DNA from: Mollicutes bacterium Phil14
GTDB taxonomy: Bacteria > Bacillota_I > Bacilli_A > ML615J-28 > CAG-698
Direction of reading: 5' to 3'
Length of the DNA stretch: 64,000 nt
Assembly: GCA_001940985.1 (NCBI GenBank)
Contig: MSHB01000026.1
Span: 2,215 to 66,214 of the forward strand
Part shown: positions 47,701-61,603 of the stretch, piece after piece
Position numbering within the stretch: the first letter of the stretch is position 1
How the letters are laid out: every line of letters begins with the position of its first letter
The notes under the pieces: model-generated
What the model was told of the DNA's origin: nothing
Databases searched by the model: none
The model's input: only the letters and a program-made list of their open reading frames with translations
Program-made: the position numbers and the translations under genes

Positions 47701-50700
47701 GGTTTAACTGAGTTTTCTATATAGTCTTTATTCTCCTCAAATGTAGCACCAACTATCCCATCTAATTGTGCATCTTGAGTTCTACTATATGATATTATTT
47801 TACTCTTAACAGATTCAGATTGTTGTTGTGATTCAATAGAATCTAATATCTCATCAATCTATTGACTTATACTATTTATTCTATTTACTATAGGAGTAAG
47901 CCTTCTACCATCTTCTACATCGAATATACCATTGATAAGACTATCTCTATTAGATATTAAATCGTCATATAAAGTAAGCAACTTATTTTGTTCTTCAGTA
48001 AGAGGTTCTTCTTGTAAAGCATCAAGATCTTGTTCTAAGAAGTATCTATCTCTATTATTAGTATTATATTTCCAAGAATTATCAGGATTAATTAATTGAT
48101 CTAGTATAGCTGGAGTTAATGCTTTATATACTTTAGATACTTCATCGTTCGCTCTTTGAATTGCTCTACCGTATGAATTATCAGTAAACTATTGATCCGG
48201 TTGCATACTTAATTCTTCATCTGTGTATGCATCAGGATTCTATAATTGAGCTCTAGTTTTATCTAACGATCTCTGTGATTTGTTAACCTTCTTCTATCCA
48301 ATAGTTACCTTCTTACTTCTTTTTTCGATTATCTTATTTCTAAGATCGTCTAATTCTTTCTGTTGTTGATTATCTATTTTAGCTTGATTCTTCTATTCTA
48401 CTTCTATTGCCTATTCTATAGGTTTTTCTTCAGTAGATATAGGAGTTTCTTCAACATGTTTAGTTTCCTATTCTTGATCTTTAACATCAGGAGTAGGTTC
48501 AGGCTTTTCTTCTATCTAAGCAGGAGGTGTTTCTATTATAGGTTCTATTTCAGGCTTAGTTTCAGACTTAGGTGTATCTTGTACCTCTGGAGTAATAACT
48601 TCAACTGGTTCAGGATTTACTGGTTCAGGTATAGGATCTTCTTTTATTTCAGTAGCTACGGTAGGCTGTTCTAATGGAATAACTTGTGCATCCTACTAAC
48701 TTATACCTTCATGAGCATCTTGAATTCTTTCTTGAAATTCTATATCATCCTTCTCAGCTTTAGTCATCTTATTCAGTCTAGATTGAATCTCTTTTACATT
48801 AGCATTACCTAACTTCTTACTATCGAATCCTAGATCTTTAAGAGCATTCTAAGCACGAGTTACTTCTATATAATGAGGTATAAACGATTCATACGCATCA
48901 GCTATTTCATCAGATGCAGATAACAATTGTGTATCTTCTTCTGCTAATTCCTATCCGTCTACGTACTTATTTAAAGTCTTAATACGATCATCAATAATCT
49001 TAGTTACTTCATCAATATCTAACTTATTAGTAGTAATACCTAATTTACCTAGTTCTTCACTATCTTCTTTGATATTATCAAACGCTTGTTTGTATTTCTA
49101 TAAAGCTTTAAGTTCACTAAGACCTCTAATCATATTAATCATAGCTTGCTTAGATTCTGCTGCCTTAGGATCTTCTCTATCTATTACATAAGTATTAAGA
49201 TAATCTTCTAATTGAGATTCGTCAATCTTTATATCTAAGTCTCTTACAGCTTGATCATATGTATCTCTAGCATCATTGTACATTTGATTATAGTAATCTA
49301 CCATAGATACTAATCTGTTGTACTCTTCACTGTTTGTATTGATGCCTAATTTATCTGTAGCTAACGTTTGTAGTGCTTTACTATTAGCAAGAGTCATAAC
49401 TCTAGCAGCTCTCTTCTTTTCAGCATCTATCATATCAGCATCAAATCCTTCGATACCTTTTAATTTATCAAAAGATTCTAATACTTGTCTAGTCTTACCT
49501 CTTACTGCTTTATCTGCATAATATTGATTCTTACGTAATAGATCTTTTTCGTACAGTCTATCAGTCATAGCCATCTCTGATACAAACTTATCAGCTGCCA
49601 TCTGTTTAGATGTCTATACTGCTCCACCTATAGTTCTAATAGAGCCAGTCATCAACATACCAAGTAAGCTACCACCTCTTGCATTCTCTAACCATTCTGG
49701 GTCAGACGATAATGCTGTATCCCACGGAGCATAGAATGAGTATAATGATTTAGTACCTTGACCTAAGTTATTAAGTACACTATCAAATATAGTATGATCA
49801 TCACCATACTTCCCTTGCATATATCTTTCACCATTCAAGTACTGATTACTCTCTTCCATCATTTCTGATGCTGAAGAAATCATTGTTCTAGTAGGTACAT
49901 CCAATATATAGTTACGTAAAGTACGTCTAGATAATCCTTCTACTGTTTTGGCTTTACCAAAATTAGTCAAATCGGTTATACGATGTCTTAATCCTTCATA
50001 CAACTGTTCACTCTTAGTAGCTAACTTCTTGGCTTTATTTCCTAATTTACCTAACTTAGCTAATGAACCAATCGGTAATATGATCATTGCTGTTTCTAAA
50101 GCTTCACTGCCCATAACAGCCACCATATCGTCTTGATATAATTGATTAAGTCCTTTAAATGCAGATAATCTATTCTAATCAAATTTAGGATCTTCTACAT
50201 CGATAGAACCACTTAATATTAAATCTAGTTTCTCATCATCAGTAAATTGAGCATACTGAGGATTAGAGTTTACTTTACTTAATATCTTACTTAAAGATCC
50301 GTCTGCTTCACTTAGTTGTTTTACTTGATCTCGGTAATGCTGATACATTTCAGCTTTATTCTCTTCAGTAGCCCCATACATACCCAAACCAAAAGTACTA
50401 GCTGCTCCTAATGCACCAACTACAAGTGGTGCAGCAGTACCTCCAGTTAATCCAATAGCAGCGGAAGTTCCTAAACCTACTGTCCATGCAGCAAGTGTAG
50501 TCTTCCAAGAAGAAGAAGAAGATCCAATTAAACCAGGTACTCCATATAAATAAGTATCTACATCAGTAAAATCTAAATCATTATCCTACTGCTTCTATTC
50601 AAAATAAGAACTTAATTTATGTTTATTCTTCCAATGTTCATTAGCCTGTTGATATTCTTGAACATCTGCTGCATTACTATCTATTTCTTGATTTAAGTAA

Positions 50701-51287
50701 TCGTTATATTTCTATAACATATCATACTTAGTATCATCAGATACTCTAGTAAATCCTTTTAAAGATGGAGCAGTACTGAATAGATTCATATCTTCTGATT
50801 CCATTACTATCTTTTCATAACTAGGACGTAATTCTCTATTACGTTCTATTAATTGTGATAGCATGTTTCTTTTATTAGGATCTGCATTTAAATCAGGATC
50901 TCCCTATAATTGAGAAATCTATTGAGCATTAGATACGTATTCATAAGAGTTATTTACATCATCTCTCTTCTATTGGAGATTAATAAGATCTGCTCTTCTA
51001 CTATCTATATTAGTATCATTCTATTTTACTTTCCAGTCAGTAAAAGCATCTTTTAAATAATCCATAACTCCATAATCATTAGGAGCTTTACCTTGAGCTT
51101 CTAACATCTAGAACTTCCACGGATCATCTTCTACATCCTAAGTACTAATATTACTAGCATCGATATAATTAAATCTGCCATTATAATCAACAGGTGCAGA
51201 TACTAATGGAGTCTGATACGATTGTTGTATCAGACTATTCATTATTGCTTCTTTAACTGGATCTATTTGTTTCTTCTTCTTTGCCAT
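38733..51287 (-). CDS. giant 4184-codon multidomain protein including an RNAP-like DPBB (TAG read as sense, 63 TAGs)
   Basis: 18 same-frame track fragments from 39342 to 50387 join through TAG only. ATG at 51287-51285, TAA at 38733-38735. Motifs: GYRIPTQ...LTGSDFDVDKL (DFDVD at 41874-41888), HEAWH at 46269-46283, and HSGGALGSD near the C-terminus. Confidence 0.75.
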
Positions 51288-51289
51288 AA

Positions 51290-53155
51290 TTATTGTCTTG
51301 TGAACGTTCTAATTGTCATGTCAGTTCTATCACCAGCGTTAACGCTTGTACCAAAATATCCTTTGTTAACTCCTAAACTTACGTTATCTACTGTGTAATC
51401 ATCATTAGATAGTGGTACATATACTTCAAACCTCATTTGTTTAGTATCAGAATCATATTCACCATTTAATGCTTTTACTGCCTGTTCTACATCTGTACCA
51501 TTAAATATACGTTCAGCTCCCTTAGGTATCCACATTAATGGATAAGTTAGAGTAGTAAACCAGCTTTCTTCATCTACGTCTGGTACTACAGCCGTTCCTT
51601 TCATGTATAATCTAGTATTTCCAGGAGCATAAGGGTCTGCTACAGATAATACTCTACCACTAGGTATTATTGATAAATCTTTAGCTCCAGATGTAATAGT
51701 TTTAATTAACTCATTATCTGCTCCAGGTATTTTGCCCTACATGTTAAGTAAACTAGCAGCTAATTGTTGAGGTAACAATACATCAGCTCCATTTTTAACA
51801 ACCGCTTCTCTTTTACCTAACGGACTTGTAACTTCAGTTCTAGCTCCAGTTAAATATTTAGTTATAGCAGCATCAGATTTACTATTAGTATCGTACCCAC
51901 TTCCACTCATATTATCAATCAAGTCTTGAGATACTTTATTAAATTTCTGAGCATCTACTTTGCCTTTAAAATTATTAAAATCTTCAGGTTTAATAGAACT
52001 ACCATACATGTTAGCAAACTCTTTTCTATTTACTGTAGCCTGATGTTGTCTAGCTTGCTAACTAGCTTTATCTATAATAGAACTTAGTTGTTGTAATTGT
52101 TCTGGAGAAGCCCCTCCATTTATAGCATTCTGATATTCTTCCATAGCTTGAGTAGCAAGGGAAGTATATTGAAGAGCTTTTGTTTGGTCTTCTTTATAAT
52201 CTGCTCTAGTAGGGTCTTGTATGTTCTTTCTAGCGTATCTATTAAAATCCTTATTAACGGAGTTTGTAAATTTCTCATAATCTGTCAAATAGGATTGAGT
52301 TTGACTATCAGCTCCAGCGCCTGTCATTCTAGCTTTAGCGTTTAATACTGCCATCTATAAAGAATAAGGATCCACTGTTTCAGTAGGCCTAAGAGTTTTG
52401 TCTATATTAGCAGCTACTATCATGTCTTTAAACATCTGTTGTGCTAAAGCAGGATCTCCTCCAGCTCTTTGTAACATCTGTTTATAATACATCTGACCTT
52501 GTGGAGTATTTATCAAATCACTTTGATGAGCTTCTGCTACTGCACGTAAGTCCCCTTCAGTATTACCTACTCTATTATATCTAATTCCATTACGATATAC
52601 AGGATCTAATGCTCCAGGTTTAAGATTATCAAAGTATTGCTTACTTAATTCAGCAGCTGACATGTATGGAACAGGATTTAAATCATCGAATACTTTATTG
52701 TTTCCTAAAGTATCGTAGTTACTAAAATCAACATCATGCCATTCAGGATTGTATCTTCCATTTAATAGTAACTATTGATTTAACTTCTATCTCTATACCA
52801 TAGCGTCTCTACTCTATTGTAGTTTAGCTAATTCTGCATATGGTCTACTATTAATGAAAGCTTGCATCTCCTATCTACCTGTAGCGGTTTTCAACAAGTC
52901 TGGATTCTATGCAAACTTCATAGCAATTTCTTTTGCTGGTTCGATAGTTAATTCATTATATCTCTGCATATCTATTGCAGAAGGAGATTGAAATTCACGC
53001 CACTTACTGAGATTATTACTAAATTCTTGTTGAGCCTAATCTACTCTATTGTTGTATTCTCTACCTACTTGATATAACTAATCAAATGGTATTGGTACAT
53101 ATTGACTAACATACTGATAGTCACTAGGTTCATAATATCTATTTACTGATGCCAT
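51290..53155 (-). CDS. 621-aa late virion-module protein (11 TAGs)
   Basis: Frame-1 fragments 51290..51604, 51737..52009, 52058..52354 and 52355..52663, plus the upstream part, join through TAG only. Starts MASVNRYYEPSDYQYVSQYVPIPFDq... Confidence 0.7.
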
Positions 53156-53157
53156 AA

Positions 53158-55344
53158 TTATCCTAACGAATTATATAATTTACTTACTACATCACTAGCA
53201 GAACCATAGTTGAAGAACTCTCTCATATACTCTAGTAACGCTTTATCTTTCTTACCTAACTTCTTATCTCTTGCCATATTAGCAAATACATTGTACATGT
53301 TGTTACGTCTACGATCATTAGTAGTATCTGCTACTCCTTTATTCCTAGCATACTCATCTGCTGCTCTATGTCTAGCTTCAGCGTCATATTGGTTACGAGT
53401 ATTAGCTATTTGTGCATTCTGGAATGCTAATTGATTTTCTACATTATTCTTTTGAGAATAAGCATCTGCTACTGCTCTATTTCTAGCATTACCCGATTGA
53501 ATTCCTAATGCTAAACTAGCTCCAGTTCTAGGGCTTACTCTAGAAGCATTATATCTATTCATAGAGTTAGTTAAATTAGCTTCTCTGATCAAAGGATCTA
53601 TATTGTATTCAGTAGGACCATAAGTTGGTTCATAAGTGTATGTATTTACTGGATCTGGTTTAACACTACCTCTTATTGCTCCAGCCATATTAGCTAAATC
53701 TCCCCAATCAAATGGGAATGAATTATCTGGACTATCATTACGATAATCAACATATGTTTGTGGAACTGGAGATGTTACAGTCTTAACGCTTCTAGGATCT
53801 AGTCCACTCTTATCATAATTGAAAGATGGGTTTAAATCCGGCATAGCAACTATAGGAGATTGTGGAGAAGATGATTCTATGACATTTACTCTTGCCTGAT
53901 TTCCTCTAACTCTAGGTTGTACTGATACTGGTGCAGATTGCTGTGTAGTAACAGTAGTTTGAGGAGCATTAACTGGAGACGCATATGTATAACCATCTAT
54001 ACTTGTAGGATAGGTCTGTGGCAACGGAAGTCCATTTGTACCTATTACTCTAGCTCTAGCGTTCATTCTATCTAGACCATGTTCAATCATGTTAGAAGTT
54101 TGAAGAGAGTTGACCTAACTGTTTCTAATATTATTAATCTGTTGTGCAGCAGATAATTTTCCGTTATTAACAGGTTGAGGCATAGCTCCATAATCTTGAC
54201 CAGGAACAAATCCTCTCATTAACTCTTCCCAATTTACTCCTAAACCAGAATTACCAGTCTATGCTTCAGGTACTCCTTTCTTACTTTCTTTTTTGCGCAT
54301 TCCTCTCTTACTCTTTATCTATTCTTGAGTAGCTAGTAATGCATCGTAAGCAGCTTGATTATTCATATCATTAAGCTTCTTACTATTTTCTGCAAATCTA
54401 TCTTTACCGTATTTTCTTGTTTTCATAATCTCTTTACCTGTTTCAGCGAAAGTCTTCTTTGTACCAGGTACTTTCATTTTATCGCTTAATACTTGCGTAC
54501 CAACAGGTACGTTTAATAAATTACTATCAGTAGGTTTACCTTCTTCTGGTATCTCACTTATCTATCCGTCTGGAGTTCTTATTAACTCTCCGTCATCTAA
54601 GTAAGCTAACGTAGTTGGTATAGTACCACCTTTAGCTGCCATAACGGTTTGTCTACCAACTCCTGGTTGAGTATAGTAATCAGCAGCCATCTAATCAGAT
54701 ATCTATTGTTGATACATACCGTCTTTTACATTACGAGCTCTATACTGTAGATATCCTTTACTGTGTCCAGTACCTAGTAAACCATTTAAACCATTAGGAC
54801 CTTTTATATCACCAGTCATTGGATCTACCATACCAGGAGTACCAATAGAACTAGTAATAGCTCCTACAGCTGCACCACCTATTGCTCCTGCTACATTACC
54901 AATACCAGGAATAATAGTACCTATAGCAGCTCCTGTAGCTGCTCCTGACATAGCTCCACCCAATGGGTCTACTACACCAGTCTTAGCTGAATTAACTGCA
55001 TTAGCACCAAAATCATAGATACCCTTTGCTGCTTGAACATATGGGACAGCTGTAGTAGCACTACTTACTCCAAGTTTACTTAACCCAGAAGCTACACCTT
55101 CTGCTGCTCCTAATGCTTTCTATGCGCCGTCACCTTTGGTGTTCATAGCTCCAAATATGTCTGTTAAAGCACTAGCATCATTAAGTAATCCTTGGGCTCC
55201 ATACCTAAAATCCCATCCTTTATTAATCTTATTTAATACATTGGGATCAACAGCATATCCTGCAACTGGACTAGTTATAGTATCAGGTAATACCGATGAA
55301 GTACCTAGTGCACATTTCTTTATTTTTTTATTCTTCTTTTTCAT
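53158..55344 (-). CDS. 728-aa late protein with basic/Cys N-terminus and Gly-rich segment (7 TAGs)
   Basis: Frame-0 fragments 53158..54090, 54703..54963 and 55120..55344 join through TAG only. Starts MKKKNKKIKKCALGTSS... The GAMSGAATGAAIGTIIPGIGNVAGAIGGAAVGA segment is glycine-zipper-like. Confidence 0.7.
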
Positions 55345-58300
55345 TATAACATCGAATATCTATATGTTGTACTAATATAAGGTATTTTGAATTCTTTGTC
55401 ACCATTGCAATTAAATGTATAGTTACATACTAGATACTTACCTCTCATTCTACCTAAGAATGATTTACTTTCTTTAGTCTATTCAGCACTAACATCTTCT
55501 CTTGGTATATAGAATCTATAGTTATCTTCTCTGTTCTCTATTTTACTTTGATCTAACGATAACGACTACTGAGTTTTAGTATCAAAATGAACATCTGTTA
55601 CAATATCGTTCTATTCTAATTCCCCAGTAAACCATACATTATCAAATACTTTAGTGTTCTATGCATCTTTATTTACTATGAATTGCATAGTACATATTCT
55701 ATCATACGGTTGTCTATTATCATTCTAATATAGATCATGAATGTAATTTAACTTACTATCTTTAAATGTAGTAATTCTATCGGAGAACGTCACTTGCCTA
55801 TCAAAGTCGTGATTATAGTAAGAAGTAAACGCTTGAAGATTCTCATTATAAATCAAAGGTTTATCTTTTACTTTAATCCACACTTCATTATATTTCTTAT
55901 CATATAATGATACAGGTATTTTATTCTCTTTAATATCTTTACGTTCATCCTGAGTAAGTGAATTTAAATCAGATTGTACCTATTTCTATTTAGATATAAT
56001 TTTAAATCCATCTCCATATGAACATATCTCATTCTTATCATAATCATACCAGTATAATTGAGCATCAGTAGTAACAATACTCTTATCATTAATAATAGAT
56101 GAACCGTTTTTAGTTATGATAGTATCATATCTAGGAAGTACTCCTCCTGTACCAAGTACAAGTTCAGCTCCACTGCTATCTGTAATAAGAGATCTATCAT
56201 TAACACTAAGTACCCCTACAGAACTATCTGTCCAATAGAATAGTTTATTACCAAATGATTTAATATTAGTTAACTCACCGTGATTAAAATCAACATCTAT
56301 ATAATTAGCAAATTTAAAATCACTCCACGAGTCTATTATTTCATCAGAAGTTTTCTACTCTGAAGCGTGAACTCTATTATTATATTGTTTATGTGATTCA
56401 TCATACAAACCTGATTCTACATAAGATAAAGATGTACCATCAGCTGAGTATGCATCATTATATCTGTATAAAGGTTTATCCTATATATAATTAGTATGAG
56501 CTACAGGATTATCTTGAATTAACCACGCTGTAGCTGGTTGTATATCTATTAGATTACTATAACTTTGATCTGAACGTAAATTTAAATTATATATTGTTTC
56601 TAACGGTATATAACTGTTTATAGTTTTGTTTCTATCTGCATAACTTAATACGTCATTTCTATGTTGATAAATAGAAGTAGTTAAGTGGTCAAATACACAC
56701 AAATAGGTATCTCCACCGTAACATGTACATGTTGTAGTACCAGCTAAATTATAACATCCAGTAGATATGTATATTCTACTTCTTCTTGCATTATAAGTAT
56801 TTCCTCCGTATTGATTTACAGCAGTATTATATATATTACATAATGCTGCAGTATTAGCTTTACCAAAAGTTTGTCCGTCTATATTATTTGCAGGATAGTC
56901 TATATACTAAGAGATAGGAGCAGTATCAGAATTTCCGCTTAATCTACTTAACGCTACGATAAGCGACCTTCCGTGCTTACTATAACTCCATTTATCACTA
57001 CCATCGTCAAAATATGATATATTAAGATATAAACTATTACTTATTTGCTGAGTGTATGAAGTAACAACAGAAGATTCTTGTATATCTACTCCTGGATCGA
57101 ATCCGTCTATTCTGGTAGCTATACAATCTTCAATTCTATATAATTTGTTTCCGGTATCTCTGATAGGCTTAGCGAAATAATAATATTTCATTGTGTTAGC
57201 TGCTATTTGTCCATATTCACCTAACATTGCTCCAACATCCTTATAATATATGTCTGATAATCCTGGACGATGATCACTAGCATACTAACTAGTAGATACT
57301 CCTTCTAGATAAGCAGCGTTACCCACATTTTTATTTTGATTAATGTTATTAAGAGTTTTAGTATATTTCCAATATCCTAAAGTAAAAGTAGCAGAAGCTT
57401 CTTTCTTATTATGACCAGTTTTTAAATCTTCTGGAAGATCATTAGAACGATACCCTGAATACGATGCCGTATATCCTATTACTTTAACGTTGTTAGAAGT
57501 GACATAATCTACTGAAGATTCTGGAGCAAAAGATCCTTCTGGACATATTAGTTCATATATATTCTTAGATCTAGTAGCTACTGCCTAGTTGGTATCATGC
57601 TCTTCTTTTAATATCCACCACCTTATGCGCTATAAATTATCTTCATCCATAGTAGAATTAATACCTTGATCACTTCTACGTTGAGTGTAAGGCCAAGGGT
57701 GAGGTAATAATCCAATATTACCTAGAGCTGTAGGATAAATAGTTTTACTAGGATTCCAAGTATTACTTAATATACCTTGAGTTAATACGGTTCTATCTGC
57801 TTTAGTTCTATCACATCGTACTATTTCATATGCTACTACATTCTTGGGTAAGTTCTTTACTTCAAACTCTAATCCTAATGCGTAACCTACTAAGTCTACT
57901 GTTTTATTAAGTAACTTAGAATACCTACCACAGTGATAAGGATCTATATAATCTCTAGGTACAGTAGATACATCATATGATGCATATTGACTAGGCATCT
58001 TAATATCTGCAATCCAATGTACTGGAGAAGGTTGAGACTTACTATTATAAAATACTATACCAAATGAATATACTTCATCTCTTTGATACCCAGTACAATC
58101 TACGCATGTAGCAGGATCTGAGTAGTTAGGTATAGTCTTTTTAGTTACTGTCTTACTTGTAGTACCGTCATCTAATCTATAATATCTTCTAGTATTATTA
58201 ACCTGCTTTACTGATAATTTATTAGTAGTAGCAGGTTTATTAGTTTCTGCTTGTTCATCTGACAATATTACTTCAGTAAATACGAACTTATAAGATACAT

Positions 58301-59558
58301 TCTTACCAGTACCTCCTAAGTATAAGTTGTTGTTACTATCTACTCCGTATACATATTTTTGACCATCATCTAATCCTATTAGTATGTTACTAGGATTAAT
58401 ACAATCGTGATCTTCAGATGGATAATTACCATTGATGCTACCGTCAGATCTCAATGTACCACTTATAGTACCATTGGCACTATCTTGTAGTTGTACGGAT
58501 CTATATTTATCACATCTAAATGCTCTAGCATCGTAGTCTTCTATATCAAACGTTAAGTCCTTTAGATTAGCACTAAATAATCTGTCTCCATGCTTCTCTA
58601 TTATCTATGCAGAAAAAGAGTTACCTATTATATTAGAGAACTCTTCATTTGGAACAGTAGATATACTACTTCTACCTGAATCATTATAAGTTATTTCATT
58701 ACCTACGATCTTCTATTCTAATATAATATTTATAGTAGGAACAGAACTATCATTAGTATAAGTAACTCGATATATACGAATATAATCAAATGATTTTACT
58801 TCTTCTCCTACTTTAATAGATATAGTACATCCTTGTTTACTAATATCATCTGTAGGTAATCCTAATATAGAATTAGAATCTGTACTATAATTAGTAATAG
58901 GAATAATATTACTTAATGGAGATAATGCTGTTCTAGTACCATTTTTATGAAATAACATATAAGTGTATTGTACTTTACCAGCTAGTAATACTCCTTCACA
59001 ATATTCTACAAATATAGGTTGTGTTAGATTAGAATTAGGATGTATATCAAACTATTCTGCAGTAGTAACATTAGGTATATTATCATTGATATTTACTACT
59101 TTAATTTCAGTCTTTCCATCTGATATATAAATATTACTAACTGAAGTAGATTCATAGTTTGAAACCATAGTTACTTCACTAGTTATACCTAAATCAAAAT
59201 TTATGAAAGGATCTTTTAAACAGTATAGTTGTCCATCTTCAAATCCTACTATTATACGTAGCTTATTTACATTGTTTACTCTAGTTAATACTACAACACA
59301 GTCCCTAGCCTTACCTCCTTCGTAATCTTTATCGTATATTTTAGCTTCTACACTACCTAATATCATTTCATTAGTAGCTAATACTTGATTATACTATCTA
59401 ATATGATCTCTAGGTTGTATATAACCAGTACTACCATTATCATTAGTAATGACTCTAATATCCTCAGCATATCTATATGATTGTTCTTTAACCATATATT
59501 CACTACTGTCTCTATCCATTCCACCAAGGAAAGTGCTTGTTTGTGAATTAGCTGCCAT
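55344..59558 (-). CDS. 1404-aa late (tail-module?) protein (17 TAGs)
   Basis: Frame-2 fragments 56481..56702, 56907..57227, 57630..58454, 58713..58958 and 59052..59366 join through TAG only. ATG at 59558. TAA at 55344-55346 overlaps the next ATG (TAATG). Confidence 0.7.
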
Positions 59559-59559
59559 A

Positions 59560-60474
59560 TCAATATATATTAGAATTATATACTATTTGTCTATCTCCAG
59601 TAGTACTGTAGAAGGTATCGTGCTCGTTTACTTCTGGAATTAAAGTGTGCCATATATTCTTAATAGACTCAATATCTCCCTAATCTGGAAGCATAGACTC
59701 TGCATATGCTTGTTTTCTATAGAAGTTCCAAGATGACTTAGCAGTCATATACAGCTCTCTAAAGTTCTTATCTCCTTTAGTCCATTCAATAAAGAACAAT
59801 TTCATTGCACAATACCAGTATACAGCTTCAAAGTAAGAAGGATTATCTGGTATAAGAGGCATACCTTCATCATCTAGATACTCTCCGTAGTATGATAACT
59901 TTACAAATCCATTAGGTACATTACAATAAATATATCCTGGTTTTAAATCATACTATAGTGAGTTACTAAAATTAGTTGAATTTGCCAAACCTTTTATCTT
60001 ACCATTCTTACTATCTACAGTATATTCATTAAGTAAACAACTAAGTGTTTCTCTTAAGTTAGGATCTTCGTTTAATTTAGCTAACGCATCTTTATCGTTA
60101 GTAAGATTAAACATATTCTTAACTAATGGAAATAAAGCAGTATCATGTACAATCATTTTGGGACATTCTCCTTTACAATGATTAAATACACTAAATGATC
60201 CAGTTGCTTTACGCATTGGTAACCAACCATTACAATTGCAGAATGAAAAAGCTACATTATCTAACTGAATAAGACCACAAGGTAACTTAGCTTGATATCC
60301 ATTAACTGGTACAACTGTTACTTTATGATCTAACTAATTAACTGATCCTATTTTGTGCAAAGCTTCAAAAATCCACTCAGTTATATCTGTTATCTTTATC
60401 TTATTTTCATCCAGATTAAGGTCAGCAATTATTTTTGCTATGACAGATTTTACTGTCGCTAATTTGTATATCAT
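59560..60474 (-). CDS. 304-aa late structural-module protein (3 TAGs)
   Basis: Frame-0 fragments 59680..59862 and 59953..60216 join through TAG. Starts MIYKLATVKSVIAKIIADLNLDE... TGA at 59560-59562. Confidence 0.65.
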
Positions 60475-60938
60475 ATTTCCTGATAATCTGTTTGTTTTGT
60501 CTTAATCAAAGTTGCTAATCTTCTTTTATTTGATCTAGTAAGAACCATCATATATTTAGTCTTATTTGGTACGATCATATCTAGTTTACTCCAATGAGCT
60601 CTATATTTAAATCCATCCGAATGCTAATTATCTAATAGTATTAGTTTATTATACTATTTAGTTAACTAATAATCTATTCTAAGACTTCTTTTATCATAAT
60701 ATTTTGGTCTACTTTTTATAATCTATAGAGTTCCTAATCTGTATGGTAACTTAATCTATTTACCTTCTTCAATAACCTAATCTCTTAAGTACTAAAAGTA
60801 ACTAGTTACTATCTATCTATATGTATTATAATCTATATCATATATAGTATTAGGTTCAATATCTTTTAAATAGGAATTATAAAAAGATGCAATTGTGTAA
60901 GACTTTGTTTTATTTGCTGTTTTGTTTATTTCGTTCAT
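60471..60938 (-). CDS. 155-aa late protein with 8 in-frame TAGs
   Basis: Invisible in the track. ATGA overlaps at both ends. MNEINKTANKTKSYTIASFYNSYLKDIEPNTIYDIDYNTYRqIVTSYFqYLRDqVIEEGKqIKLPYRLGTLq... No in-frame TAA or TGA. Confidence 0.6.
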
Positions 60939-61603
60939 CTCCTTATACTTCGATACATATTTGGATTGTAACTGTTTTGAGTATCATCCTTACTATCATT
61001 AGTTGTATCAGAAACCTCTTGTCTCATAGTAAGGAAATCTCTAGTAAAGATTAACTGTTTAATAGTACCCCACATATATGACGGAATAGGATATTTATCT
61101 TTACTTGGATCGTAACAGTATTTTAACTCAGTAGGATCTTCAGCTATTACTTTTACTTCTATATTCTCTAGTACATTAGAATCACCTTCTACATAAAGCT
61201 TCTTATCTTTTAAGTAAGCAATATAATGACTACAGGTATATTTTCTGTGTCTTTGGTATTTCATTTTAGTCTCAGAACCTATCTATATCACATTCCCGAA
61301 CATATCTTTTACAGATAATACTGCAGGTTTACCTCGTGCGCTAAGTAAAGAAGGTAGGTCTTCTTCAGTAACATATTCATAGTGTCCAGGTTCATCCTCT
61401 GTTCGTTCTAAATGCATAATAATAGTCTGAGTGAATTCATCATCTAGTTCTTCATCTTCCTTATCTATCTCCTACTTAATAAGATAAGCTCTGTATGACT
61501 AGATCCATAATTCAATTTGGTGTCGACTTAACTTTTCACTCTCAGTAATCTAATTATTACGAGCTTCAAGTAAGACATCATCAACAAGCTCATTAAGCGT
61601 CAT
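60935..61603 (-). CDS. 222-aa late protein (4 TAGs)
   Basis: Track ORF 60935..61264 extends in frame through TAGs at 61283, 61472, 61499 and 61550 to ATG 61603. Starts MTLNELVDDVLLEARNNqITESEKLSRHQIELWIq... Confidence 0.65.

Noticed and set aside
48363-48674. 103-aa plus-strand ORF with an F/R/S/Y-rich repetitive sequence
   Set aside because: It is the antisense shadow of the P/E/T/K-rich linker of the giant minus-strand ORF.
51060-51125. Apparent double frameshift near the 5-prime end of the giant ORF
   Set aside because: This was caused by my own mis-copy of one sequence line. Re-reading the exact text shows an uninterrupted frame (..DVEDDPWKFqMLEAQGKAPNDYGVMDYLKDAF..).
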